A stretch of 64,000 nt of DNA, from NCBI GenBank assembly GCA_034669905.1, contig JAXMOL010000001.1:233824-297823 (forward strand), written 5' to 3'. Positions within the stretch are counted from its first letter, which is position 1. Each line of letters opens with the position of its first letter. The position numbers were made by a program, and so were the translations under genes. This stretch comes from Candidatus Hydrogenedentota bacterium (lineage in GTDB: Bacteria > Hydrogenedentota > Hydrogenedentia > Hydrogenedentales > JAEUWI01). Below, in pieces: positions 37,412 through 46,581 of the stretch. The notes beneath the pieces are model-generated. The model searched no databases, was not told the DNA's origin, and saw nothing but the letters and a program-made list of their open reading frames with translations.

Positions 37412-39020
37412 CGGAAACCCTCGCCGTCAGAAAACGAAATCCGGGAACGCGATCGAGCCGGAGCGTATCCCGGAGGAACTCCACGTCGTAGCGGTCTATA
37501 AAGGGGGTCCATCGTAGGCAGGCGATATACAGCATGCCGAATAGTACGGCGCTGACAGCGGCAATTGCCAGATTCCCCACCCGATCCAGGTAGCCCTGGC
37601 AAGCCCACGTAATCGTGGCGCACAGCAGGAAGCCCGGGAGGCTGGCGACCAGGGGCCAGATACAGGCCGAACGGAGCAAGGCCCCGGGCGAAACGGCCAC
37701 ATCGTGTTTCAGGGCATTGAAAAACCAGAGGGTGGAAATCGAAAGGGCCAGGGTGGTGGCCAGGGGGATGCCGTAAAAACCGATGGCCTTAAAGAGTACG
37801 ATGGTGAGGAGCACATTGCCGAACATGGAAATGAGTCCCGCGCGCATGGGCAGGCCGGCGTTCCCTTTTCCGAGGGCCACACTCACCCCCGGTCCGGGCA
37901 GCAGATTCATGGCATAACCCAGCAAGATAATCTGCGCCACCCCGCCCGCCACGCCAAGGGTGGATTTCACCTGATAGAGCGACAACACCAGATCGGTCAC
38001 CGCGATGGCGAAGGCCGTGAGGGGTATGGTCACGGCCGCCACGTATTTGGTGGCCCGCACATAAAGTTGGGCGAGCCGGGCGTGGTCGTCCCGGGAATCC
38101 AGGTGGGATACGGCCGGCACCAGGGCGCTGACCAGTAAGGCCGGGATCTGCCGCACCTTGGCGGCAATGTCTTCGCCGATGCGATAGAGGCCCACCAACT
38201 CCAATTGCCCCCCGGTCGCCAGGGCCACAATCATGCGGTCGGTCTGGAAGTTGATGAGGTTGGATAACTTGGCCACCTGGGAGCGCCATCCAAAGGCCAG
38301 CAGCGTGCGAAAGAGGGGAACCCGCAGGTAGCCCGGCCGACAGTGAAGCCCGGGAAAAATACGGTAGGCCACCACCATGTTGGCAGCCGCGAAGGCCACC
38401 AGTACGACGGCGTTGGTATAGAGCAGGCCCCGCACGCCGTGGCCCTGTTCGAGAAACCCAACGGTGGCCAGGACCTTGATGACAGAAGCCCCGAAGCTGA
38501 GGACGTTGGTAATGCCCATGCGTTGAAGACCCGATTGCAGGGCCGCAAAGGGCGCGACGCTGTTGGTGAGCACGAACAGAATGAGGGCCCCCCGAAAAAG
38601 AAATCGGGCTTCGTCCCACCGGGTGTTATCCCCCAGGGCCCACGAGCGCCCCGGGTGGAGGGTGTTCATGAGGGCCAGGGTACCATCCATCAGCCAATCG
38701 ATGAGGGGCCACCCCAGGGCCACCATGACCACCCCGAGGGCCGTGTAGAAAAACACGCCCGTGCTCACCACGGCACTCACCTCATCCCGCTGTTCATTCG
38801 CGGCGAAGGAGGCGATGTATTTGGTGAAGGCGCTGTTCACGCCGAAGTCGAAGAGGGCCGCGTAGCCGGTGAACACCGCGACCAGGGACCAGAGGCCAAA
38901 GCCTTCCATGCCCACGCGGTCGATGATGTAGACTGTCAGGCCAATGCTGACCAGGGCTTCCCAGAGACGGCCCAGTCCGTTGTAGACCGTGTTATGGGCG
39001 ATGGTCTTACGCAGCGACAT
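37401..39020 (-). CDS. Oligosaccharide flippase (Wzx/MOP family)
   Basis: About 13 TM helices; FGLWSL...FDFGV, INFQTDRMIV, VGLYRIG. Confidence 0.85.
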   Translation of the reverse strand: MSLRKTIAHNTVYNGLGRLWEALVSIGLTVYIIDRVGMEGFGLWSLVAVFTGYAALFDFGVNSAFTKYIASFAANEQRDEVSAVVSTGVFFYTALGVVMVALGWPLIDWLMDGTLALMNTLHPGRSWALGDNTRWDEARFLFRGALILFVLTNSVAPFAALQSGLQRMGITNVLSFGASVIKVLATVGFLEQGHGVRGLLYTNAVVLVAFAAANMVVAYRIFPGLHCRPGYLRVPLFRTLLAFGWRSQVAKLSNLINFQTDRMIVALATGGQLELVGLYRIGEDIAAKVRQIPALLVSALVPAVSHLDSRDDHARLAQLYVRATKYVAAVTIPLTAFAIAVTDLVLSLYQVKSTLGVAGGVAQIILLGYAMNLLPGPGVSVALGKGNAGLPMRAGLISMFGNVLLTIVLFKAIGFYGIPLATTLALSISTLWFFNALKHDVAVSPGALLRSACIWPLVASLPGFLLCATITWACQGYLDRVGNLAIAAVSAVLFGMLYIACLRWTPFIDRYDVEFLRDTLRLDRVPGFRFLTARVSDAA

Positions 39021-39026
39021 GGCGTG

Positions 39027-39174
39027 ACCCACCCCTCGCCCCTCCCGGGAGGGGAATTAAGCGAGAAATCGTACGGACGCACGGCGGGAATAGCAAGACT
39101 CCCGTCGTGCTTGTTCGATGGGCCGACACAGACCCACCCCGTGCCCATCCCGAGAGGAGCCGGGGGTGGGTTTC
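39027..39174. repeat. REP-like elements (CCCACCCC..CCCTCCC..GAGGG type)
   Basis: acccacccctcgcccctcccgggagggga and gacccaccccgtgcccatcccgagagg...ggggtggg. Confidence 0.55.
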
Positions 39175-39178
39175 CCGC

Positions 39179-40987
39179 TTAGCGCACCGCATAGAAGGCC
39201 ACCTCCTCGACGCCACTCCCACCGCGACGGGGCAAATGGAGGGGACGATCAATCGCCTCGAAAAAGGCTGGGGACTCCCGCCACTGTTGCAACATGGTCG
39301 CCACCGCACCCGCGAGGGCGCCGGAAGAATTCACGTAGTCGGTGGGAATCATGATGTACCTAATGTCCTTCGCCTTCAGCCAGGCCACCTGGGCCTCCAG
39401 GGGTTCCGTCGCGATACGTTGGAGACTCCAATGATTCTGATAGGTCGGCCCGTCAATATAGTAACTCCGCTGATCGAGGACCAGGAGCTTGCCGCCGTCG
39501 TTCAGGTGTTCATTGGCATACCGAAATGCCCCATAGCGCTCCACCCGTTCGGTGAGATATTCCGTTTTCGTTTGGCGGCCCAGCACCACGCCCACCTTAA
39601 AGTGTACGGCGGCGGCGTGGAGACCGAGTCCGTAGGCAAAAGAAAAACACAGGATGGCCACGACGAGTCCACGGCCACGGGCCATGCGCTCAGGCACCAG
39701 GGCGGCCACCACCATCATGGGTGTGAAGAAAGGCAGGATATAACGGGCCAGCCGCTGGAAAAAGAAGAAGGCCAGTCCCCCTGCAGTGCTGTAGGCCCCC
39801 AGGCTCCAGGCACGGGCACCGCCCAGTATCAAACCAGGCACGCCGAGGACCAGCACCATGCCTCCGGGAGATTTGCTCCAGCCGTCGTAGTCCTGGGGGC
39901 GCATGATGATGTCCCAGGGAAATCGCAGGAGTGCCCACAGGGAGAGGCCCCGGGCACGATCGATGGATTCATGGGCACCCGGCGTGGAGATGGCGATATG
40001 GTCGATGGGGCCTTCGGGAAACACGGAAAGGAGGAAGGGAAACACGGGATTCCCGGTGAGCCACCAACTGCGTCCAAACCACGGGAGGGCCGCCACGAAA
40101 GCGAGCGCCGCGAAAAGGCCCACCGCCCTCAGCCGATGGCCTGCGGGGGCATAAAGGGCCACCGCCACCAGCAAGATGGGCACGATTAAGAACCCCGTGT
40201 GGCGAATTCCGCAGGCACTCCCGGCAAGAACGGCAGCGAGCACCAGGCCGGCCCATTGTCCCGTGCGGTGCGCGATAAACAGGGCGGTGATTGTCGCCGT
40301 ACTGAAGGCTACAAAAGGCAAGTCAATGCCCACGCCACTGGCCTGGTCCATATAGATGGGGGCCGTCGCCAGCAAGGCCGCCGCGACGAGACCGGTCTGG
40401 CGGGTACCCACCCGACGCCCCAGGCTGTAAATCGCCAGGCAGGCCAGGAGACCGAAGCTCCAACTCAACAGGGAAACGGGCAGTTCGTGGCCCCCGCTGC
40501 CGCTGTAGAAGGCGACGGCAAAGAGACTGTGGAGCAGGTGGGGATAAGCGGAGTAGACGTTTCCCGTATCGAGCGCGATGTGACCGAGTCGGGTATATTC
40601 TGCCGGGAGAGCCAGGTGGGCGACGCAGGCATCCCAACTGGTGACGGGTGCGAGGGCACCGAGGAGACTCAGGGCGGCCGCCATGCCGATGGCCAGGCAA
40701 CTCGCCTTTTCCAGGCGCGAGAACGGAGAAGCGGCCCAATCTGAAAAGGGGGCCGTGGGCACGGCGTATCGGTAGTGGCTGAGGAGTGAAAGCACAGCGA
40801 CGCCGGCCAGCAGGGCCTGTGCCGCGACGAGCGACAGACTCCCCACCAGCAGGGCGAACAGGGCCACCGGGATGAGACCCGTCAGGATACGCAGGCCGGT
40901 AGCTTCCAGGGCATCGACGAAGGGAAGGGGCCGCAGACAGCGGGAGCCCACGCCCCACGCGGCCGTCATGATGAGTATAAATGACAT
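39179..40987 (-). CDS. ArnT/PMT-like (GT39/GT83, GT-C) membrane glycosyltransferase
   Basis: PVTSWDACVAHL, SAYPHL, TGNPVFPF, RYILP. Start reassigned to MSFILIM. Confidence 0.75.
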   Translation of the reverse strand: MSFILIMTAAWGVGSRCLRPLPFVDALEATGLRILTGLIPVALFALLVGSLSLVAAQALLAGVAVLSLLSHYRYAVPTAPFSDWAASPFSRLEKASCLAIGMAAALSLLGALAPVTSWDACVAHLALPAEYTRLGHIALDTGNVYSAYPHLLHSLFAVAFYSGSGGHELPVSLLSWSFGLLACLAIYSLGRRVGTRQTGLVAAALLATAPIYMDQASGVGIDLPFVAFSTATITALFIAHRTGQWAGLVLAAVLAGSACGIRHTGFLIVPILLVAVALYAPAGHRLRAVGLFAALAFVAALPWFGRSWWLTGNPVFPFLLSVFPEGPIDHIAISTPGAHESIDRARGLSLWALLRFPWDIIMRPQDYDGWSKSPGGMVLVLGVPGLILGGARAWSLGAYSTAGGLAFFFFQRLARYILPFFTPMMVVAALVPERMARGRGLVVAILCFSFAYGLGLHAAAVHFKVGVVLGRQTKTEYLTERVERYGAFRYANEHLNDGGKLLVLDQRSYYIDGPTYQNHWSLQRIATEPLEAQVAWLKAKDIRYIMIPTDYVNSSGALAGAVATMLQQWRESPAFFEAIDRPLHLPRRGGSGVEEVAFYAVR

Positions 40988-41182
40988 TCTATACACTCCG
41001 CGGAGAATGTAGTAGGGACGATAGCACTTGGCCCCCGTCAAAATCACCTGTGGCCCCCATTTCGGGGCAGAAAAGCGGCTTCGGACCGCCGGGTCAATCC
41101 GGGTGGTTGTAGGCCGTGACGGTAAATGCCGTATAATTCCGTTTCCAACGTACGTGAGTATAGAGCGCAGTGAACCCTCGCC

Positions 41183-42580
41183 ATGAAAAGGAGGCAACGA
41201 TTGATTGCTGAATTGCACCCGCGACGACGCCTGTCCCACGGGCTGGTATTGTCGACCGTCATACTATTGGGGGGCTACCTCAGTGGTTGCGCCACCACGG
41301 GAGTTGGCGCACAAAGTGCCGTCATCCACGCCAAAAACGTGGTGGCTCCCGCCCTCGTCCACATCCGCCCGGTAAAAGAAGTCTATGCCCAGGGTAAACG
41401 CAAAGAAGTGCTCGTAGTCGGCAGTGGATTTATTATCTCTCCCGATGGCTACGTGGTAACCAATGAACACGTGGCGGGCGAGAGCAACTACGTCCGCTGT
41501 GTATTGGGCACCAAAGACGAAGTAGAGGCCGAGGTTATCGGGGTAGACCCCTACACCGATTTGGCCGTGCTCAAACTCGACGTGGGCTATCCCCTCCCCT
41601 ATGTGCGCTTTGGGAATTCCGACAAGATCCAAGCGGGCCAGACGGTGATTGCCATGGGTAGCCCCCACGGTCTTTCCCGCTCGGTTTCCAAGGGTATTGT
41701 GAGTGTAACGGGGCGCCACCTGGCCGATCAGGCCGCCAAAGCCCCCTTCACCAACTGGGTGCAGACCGATGCCGCCATCAACCCCGGCAACAGCGGTGGC
41801 CCCCTCGTTAACCTCAGTGGCAATGTGATTGGTGTTAACTCCATGGTCTTGCGCGGAGCCGAGAACGTGGGCTTTGCCATTCCCAGCAACCTGGCGAAAC
41901 AGGTCGCTGAAGCGATCATCGCTAACGGCCGGGTACAACGCAGCTGGGTAGGCCTGGACCTGCAAGAGATGCTGGCCCGAACCGATGACCCCAATATTAA
42001 GGGTGTGGTGATTGCGGGGATTGACCCCCTCTCCCCCGCCTTTGAAGCCGGTATTCGCCCCGGCGACCTGTTGCTCGCCATTAACGGGGAGCCCGCCAAC
42101 GCCCGCTTTGAAGAAGAACTCCCCCTGGTTCGGAGTGCCATCGCAGCATTGCCAGTCGGTGAAGCCATCCCGTTTCTTTTCAAGCGGGGTGACGAAGAAC
42201 GCGAAGTCGTGCTCACCACCGAAGAGCGTGGTGGCCTGAAAGGGGAGCAGGGCGAGTATAAGGAATGGGGCTTTACCGCCTCCGAATTGACAGCGACCAT
42301 TGTGCGCCGTGCCCGCCTCGATTCCAACAAGGGCGTCCTGGTCTCAGGCACCCAGGTCGGTGGCATCGCCAACAATGGAGGGCTCGCCCAGGGTGACATC
42401 ATCCTGGCGGTCGACGGCATTGAGGTGATAAACCTGGCCCAGTTCAAGGAGCTCTATGATGAGCGACTGGAAAGCGGCCAGAAGCGGGTCTTGCTCCTGG
42501 TACGGAACCGGGCCCTGACCCGTTATGTCTTGATTGTGCAGGAAGACGACCGTTCGGAAGGAGCCGACGATGAGAAGTAG
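41183..42580 (+). CDS. degP: HtrA/DegP serine protease with two PDZ domains (probable lipoprotein)
   Basis: GSGFII, TNEHV (His), TDLAV (Asp), DAAINPGNSGGP (Ser); LSGC lipobox. Confidence 0.9.
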   Translation: MKRRQRLIAELHPRRRLSHGLVLSTVILLGGYLSGCATTGVGAQSAVIHAKNVVAPALVHIRPVKEVYAQGKRKEVLVVGSGFIISPDGYVVTNEHVAGESNYVRCVLGTKDEVEAEVIGVDPYTDLAVLKLDVGYPLPYVRFGNSDKIQAGQTVIAMGSPHGLSRSVSKGIVSVTGRHLADQAAKAPFTNWVQTDAAINPGNSGGPLVNLSGNVIGVNSMVLRGAENVGFAIPSNLAKQVAEAIIANGRVQRSWVGLDLQEMLARTDDPNIKGVVIAGIDPLSPAFEAGIRPGDLLLAINGEPANARFEEELPLVRSAIAALPVGEAIPFLFKRGDEEREVVLTTEERGGLKGEQGEYKEWGFTASELTATIVRRARLDSNKGVLVSGTQVGGIANNGGLAQGDIILAVDGIEVINLAQFKELYDERLESGQKRVLLLVRNRALTRYVLIVQEDDRSEGADDEK

Positions 42581-43955
42581 TATCCTGATGACCCTGGTCG
42601 CCACCCTGATCACGCTGCATGCCGCAGCTGGTGATGGTTTCACCCAGCAACAACTGGAATCCACCTACAACAAGATCACCCCCGCCATGGGGCTCTTGAA
42701 ATACTCCAGTGAAGTCACCAACAACAACACGGGCGAATCCTCCCGGCGGGATCGCAGTGCCCTGGCGCTGGTGGTTTCCGCCGATGGCCTGGTCATGGCC
42801 CATGGCCACATGAAACTGGACGGCAATGAGCCCTTCAATATCTCTGTAACCCTCGGGCAAGGCGATGAAGAAAAAGAATATGACGCCGTGTTGCTCCGCA
42901 AGCCCGATGATGTCAACGTGGTGTTCCTGCGGCTTCAGTCGGATACGCCGCTGAATCTACCCTATATCCGCTTTGCCCCCACCTCGTCCCTTCGTCTGGG
43001 TGAGACGGTGGGGGTCTTCGGGCTGCTCGGCGAGACGCTCGACTTCAACCGGGGACTTCAGGTCGTGCACATCGGCTCGGTGCTGGAAAAGCCCCGGAAG
43101 ACCTTTTGCCTGGACACGTCGGTTCGCTTTGGCTTCGTCAGTGGGCCCGTGGTGGATACGGCAGGTCGGGTAACGGGTGTGGTCGGCTTTGACCTGAGCA
43201 CGGCAGAAGGCGGCGACCTCTATGTGCGCAGCGGCCATCCCCTGGTCTACCAGTCGGAGCTTTTTGCCAAGTACATCAAGAATCCGCCCAGTGAGACCGA
43301 GATCGATGAAGGCGAAGACCACGCGTGGCTCGGCGTCTTTACCCAGCCGCTCACCGATGACTTCGCCGCCTATTGGTCCCTCGACCCCAAGGGAGGGCTC
43401 ATTGTCAGCACGATTGTTCCGGGCTCTCCTGCGGAAGGCGCAGGCCTCCAGCTCGGTGATGTAATCGTGAAGTTTAACGGTACCCCCGTTGTGGCCAAAC
43501 AGGATCGCGACGTACTGGGCTTCACCAAGCTGGTTCGTGAAGCCGGTGCCGGTAAAGAAACTGAGATGCGCATCCTCCGAAACGGGGAGCCCGTGGATCT
43601 TACGGTGAAGCTCGGCGTACGCCCCCGCAGCTCCCAGGATGCCGAAGAATTCGTCGATGAGACCTTTGGCTTGACGGTGCGGGAAATTACCCGGGACGTC
43701 CGGATTCGCCTCAATCTCTCTGAAGACGTGCACGGCGTCATCGTCCGCTCGGTCAAATCGGGCAGCACGGCCCAACTCGCGCGCATGCGCCCGGGTGTAA
43801 TTATTATGGGCATGGGCGATTATCCCGTTCAGAATCTGAAAGATTTTGAGGATGCCGTGAATACACTAAAAGAACAGAAACCGGCTGAGGTTGCCGTCTT
43901 CGCCCGTCTGGGCTCGGAAACCGGCTTCTTCCGCCTGGAACCCGTCTGGAAATAA
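42570..43955 (+). CDS. HtrA-like trypsin-fold/PDZ protein lacking the catalytic Ser motif
   Basis: Same architecture with signal peptide and two PDZ domains; GFVSGP replaces GNSGGP, DVNVVF replaces TDLAV. Confidence 0.8.
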   Translation: MRSSILMTLVATLITLHAAAGDGFTQQQLESTYNKITPAMGLLKYSSEVTNNNTGESSRRDRSALALVVSADGLVMAHGHMKLDGNEPFNISVTLGQGDEEKEYDAVLLRKPDDVNVVFLRLQSDTPLNLPYIRFAPTSSLRLGETVGVFGLLGETLDFNRGLQVVHIGSVLEKPRKTFCLDTSVRFGFVSGPVVDTAGRVTGVVGFDLSTAEGGDLYVRSGHPLVYQSELFAKYIKNPPSETEIDEGEDHAWLGVFTQPLTDDFAAYWSLDPKGGLIVSTIVPGSPAEGAGLQLGDVIVKFNGTPVVAKQDRDVLGFTKLVREAGAGKETEMRILRNGEPVDLTVKLGVRPRSSQDAEEFVDETFGLTVREITRDVRIRLNLSEDVHGVIVRSVKSGSTAQLARMRPGVIIMGMGDYPVQNLKDFEDAVNTLKEQKPAEVAVFARLGSETGFFRLEPVWK

Positions 43956-43957
43956 AG

Positions 43958-44590
43958 ATGATGCGGAATGTAACACACGTCGACAGGAATGGTGTTCGCA
44001 CCGGCCTGCGCTGGGTCCTCGGACTCGCGCTGGCCGGGGCGCTCCCCTTCCTGTCGGCGTGTTCCGCACCGGAAAGCCAGGCCCGCACCCTGACCGACGT
44101 CGCCGCCGGTGGGGACCACCAGGACTGGGATCAGATCCGTCCGGAAATCAAGGCCTATCTGCAGGCCCATCCAGACGACCCGATCGGTCACTATTATTAT
44201 GGCTTGAGTTTTCTTCACCACGCGGCACCGCAGTTGACCTATGCCGAAGGAGAATTTCTGACCGCACTCCGATTGCTGGAGGACCTGGAAGCCTTTCCTG
44301 AGGAAGCGTTGGCCATGACGAAGGCCGAATTTACTGGCCTCGTTCACCGGAAGGCGGCGCTGGTCTACATGCGCGGCTACCGGGAAGCCCTGCAACTGGG
44401 CCTTCCCCAGTCCTATGGCCTGGCGCTCTTGAAGAAATCCAACACCCAGGTGGAACTCGGTCTCAAGGCGAACCCGGACTCGGGGCATCTGAAAGAGTAT
44501 TCCGAGTTCCTGCGCAAGGCCCTGGGCCTCGATTCACCGCAGGCCCCCAAGATACTGACCAAGCGGGCCGGCAGCAGCGTCAATATCTGA
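43958..44590 (+). CDS. Helical/TPR-like lipoprotein
   Basis: LSAC lipobox; HPDDPIGHYYYG TPR-like segment. Confidence 0.65.
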   Translation: MMRNVTHVDRNGVRTGLRWVLGLALAGALPFLSACSAPESQARTLTDVAAGGDHQDWDQIRPEIKAYLQAHPDDPIGHYYYGLSFLHHAAPQLTYAEGEFLTALRLLEDLEAFPEEALAMTKAEFTGLVHRKAALVYMRGYREALQLGLPQSYGLALLKKSNTQVELGLKANPDSGHLKEYSEFLRKALGLDSPQAPKILTKRAGSSVNI

Positions 44591-44829
44591 CAGACCAGCG
44601 GCTACGATGGTCTCTTCGGCAGCGGGGTATCAAAATCGGAAGAACTATCGGGTCCGCCGTGACGTGCCACGCGCTCGGACGACCCCGTCACCGTGGGGAA
44701 ATGGCCCCATCCCGTGGAAAAGCTTGGAACGCCCTCCGCATTCAGGTACACTTAGACCCGAGGTGAACCACAGCGGATTTGCCATTTGAAACCACAAATT
44801 GTCGGGTTGTATAACGGAGTTTTTCGACA

Positions 44830-46467
44830 ATGAATGCTGCTGAGCTGTTCGTCCAATGCCTTGAGGCAGAAGGCGTTACGTATATATTTGGTGTCCCCGG
44901 GGAAGAGAATGCGCACTTTCTGATGGCCTTGGAGAACTCGTCGATCGAGTTTATCATGTGCCGTCATGAGCAGTCGGCCGCCTTCATGGCCGAGACCTAT
45001 GGCAAGCTCACCCGGGAAGCAGGGGTCTGTCTCAGTACCCTCGGACCGGGCGCGACTAACCTCGTCACCGGTGTGGCCAGCGCCAACAGCGACCGGGCCC
45101 CCATGGTCGTCATAACCGGGCAGGCGGACCTCCAACGGCAACACAAAGAGAGCCACCAGAATATCGATGTGGTCTCCATGTTTCGCCCCGTCACCAAGAA
45201 TGCGACGCCCATCATCCACCCGGACAATATCCCCGAAGTCGTTCGGTGGGCCTTCAAGCAGGCCGTACGTGAAAAGCCCGGTGCCTGTCACATCGAACTG
45301 GCGGACGACGTGGCCGCCATGCCGGCGACCAAGCGTCCCGTGAAGAAAAACTATCTGCGCCGCTCGGTGGCCGACGATAAAATTATCGACATTGCGATGG
45401 ATGTGATTCGTTCGGCAAAGAACCCGGTGGTGCTTGCGGGCAATGGGGCCATCCGGACGCGTACCGCGAAGATGTTGCGCGAGTTCTCCGACCTGACCGG
45501 CATCGGGGTGATTTCCACCTTTATGGGTAAGGGCTGCGTGCCGCGGGATTCGGAGCAGTGCATCTTTACCCTGGGCCTCCAGACGAAGAACCTGGCCAAC
45601 GCCGCGATTAAGGCGGCCGACCTGGTGATCACGGTAGGCTATGACCTGGTGGAATACCACCCGAGCGTGTGGAATAAGTCGGGCAATAAAAAGATCATCC
45701 ACATCGATTTCCTGCCCGCCGTGGTGGACAGTAATTATGAGCTCGATGCCGAAGTCGTGGGCGATACGGCCCACACGCTCTGGATGATGAATGAGCGCCT
45801 CCGCGCCAACCCGATGCACTTTGAATTGAATGCCCAGCACAAGACCCGGCAGGCCATGCTGGAGCTCTTTGCAGAGCACAAAGACGATGACACCGACGGC
45901 TCTATCCGCCCGCAAAAAGTATTGTGGGATGTGCGGGAAGCCATGGGCCCGGAAGATATCGTGCTCAGTGATGTGGGTTCCCACAAAATGTGGATCGCCC
46001 AGTATTACCAATGCGATGAGCCTAACACCTGCCTCATTCCCAATGGCTTCTGCTCTATGGGCTGTGCCCTGCCCGGGGCCATTGCGGCCAAGCTGGTCCA
46101 CCCCGAACAACGGGTGATGGCCATCTGTGGTGATGGCGGCTTCCTCATGAACGTGCAGGAAATGGAGACGGCCGTTCGCCTCAAGCTGAACATTGTGGTC
46201 ATGGTCTGGGTCGACAATGGCTACAACCTGATTGAGTGGAAGCAGCAAAACGAATTCGACAAACACACGGCCCTGTCTTTTGGCAACCCCGACTTTGTGC
46301 AACTCGCGAAGGCCTTTGGGTTTCACGGGATGTACGTCGACAAGTCGCGCGATCTCGGTGCGGCCCTGGAAGAAGCCTTCTCGGTGGACAAACCCACCTT
46401 GTTGGCCCTGCCCATTGACTACCGCGAAAATGACCGCCTGACCGAACAACTTCAGATCATCGTTTAA
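44830..46467 (+). CDS. ThDP-dependent enzyme, acetolactate synthase-like (candidate 2-oxoglutarate decarboxylase)
   Basis: FGVPGEEN, RHEQSAAFMA, TLGPGATN, ESHQ, GDGGFLMN; no small subunit nearby. Confidence 0.85.
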   Translation: MNAAELFVQCLEAEGVTYIFGVPGEENAHFLMALENSSIEFIMCRHEQSAAFMAETYGKLTREAGVCLSTLGPGATNLVTGVASANSDRAPMVVITGQADLQRQHKESHQNIDVVSMFRPVTKNATPIIHPDNIPEVVRWAFKQAVREKPGACHIELADDVAAMPATKRPVKKNYLRRSVADDKIIDIAMDVIRSAKNPVVLAGNGAIRTRTAKMLREFSDLTGIGVISTFMGKGCVPRDSEQCIFTLGLQTKNLANAAIKAADLVITVGYDLVEYHPSVWNKSGNKKIIHIDFLPAVVDSNYELDAEVVGDTAHTLWMMNERLRANPMHFELNAQHKTRQAMLELFAEHKDDDTDGSIRPQKVLWDVREAMGPEDIVLSDVGSHKMWIAQYYQCDEPNTCLIPNGFCSMGCALPGAIAAKLVHPEQRVMAICGDGGFLMNVQEMETAVRLKLNIVVMVWVDNGYNLIEWKQQNEFDKHTALSFGNPDFVQLAKAFGFHGMYVDKSRDLGAALEEAFSVDKPTLLALPIDYRENDRLTEQLQIIV

Positions 46468-46581
46468 GAAGCACGGCCCGACCGCGCGCCACCGGCCGCA
46501 TCGCGTCCTCTATAGAACCTGGTTCCCCAGCCCCCTTGTGGCCTGGGGGACGCCGACACCAAATGAAGGGAGAGAACGGAT

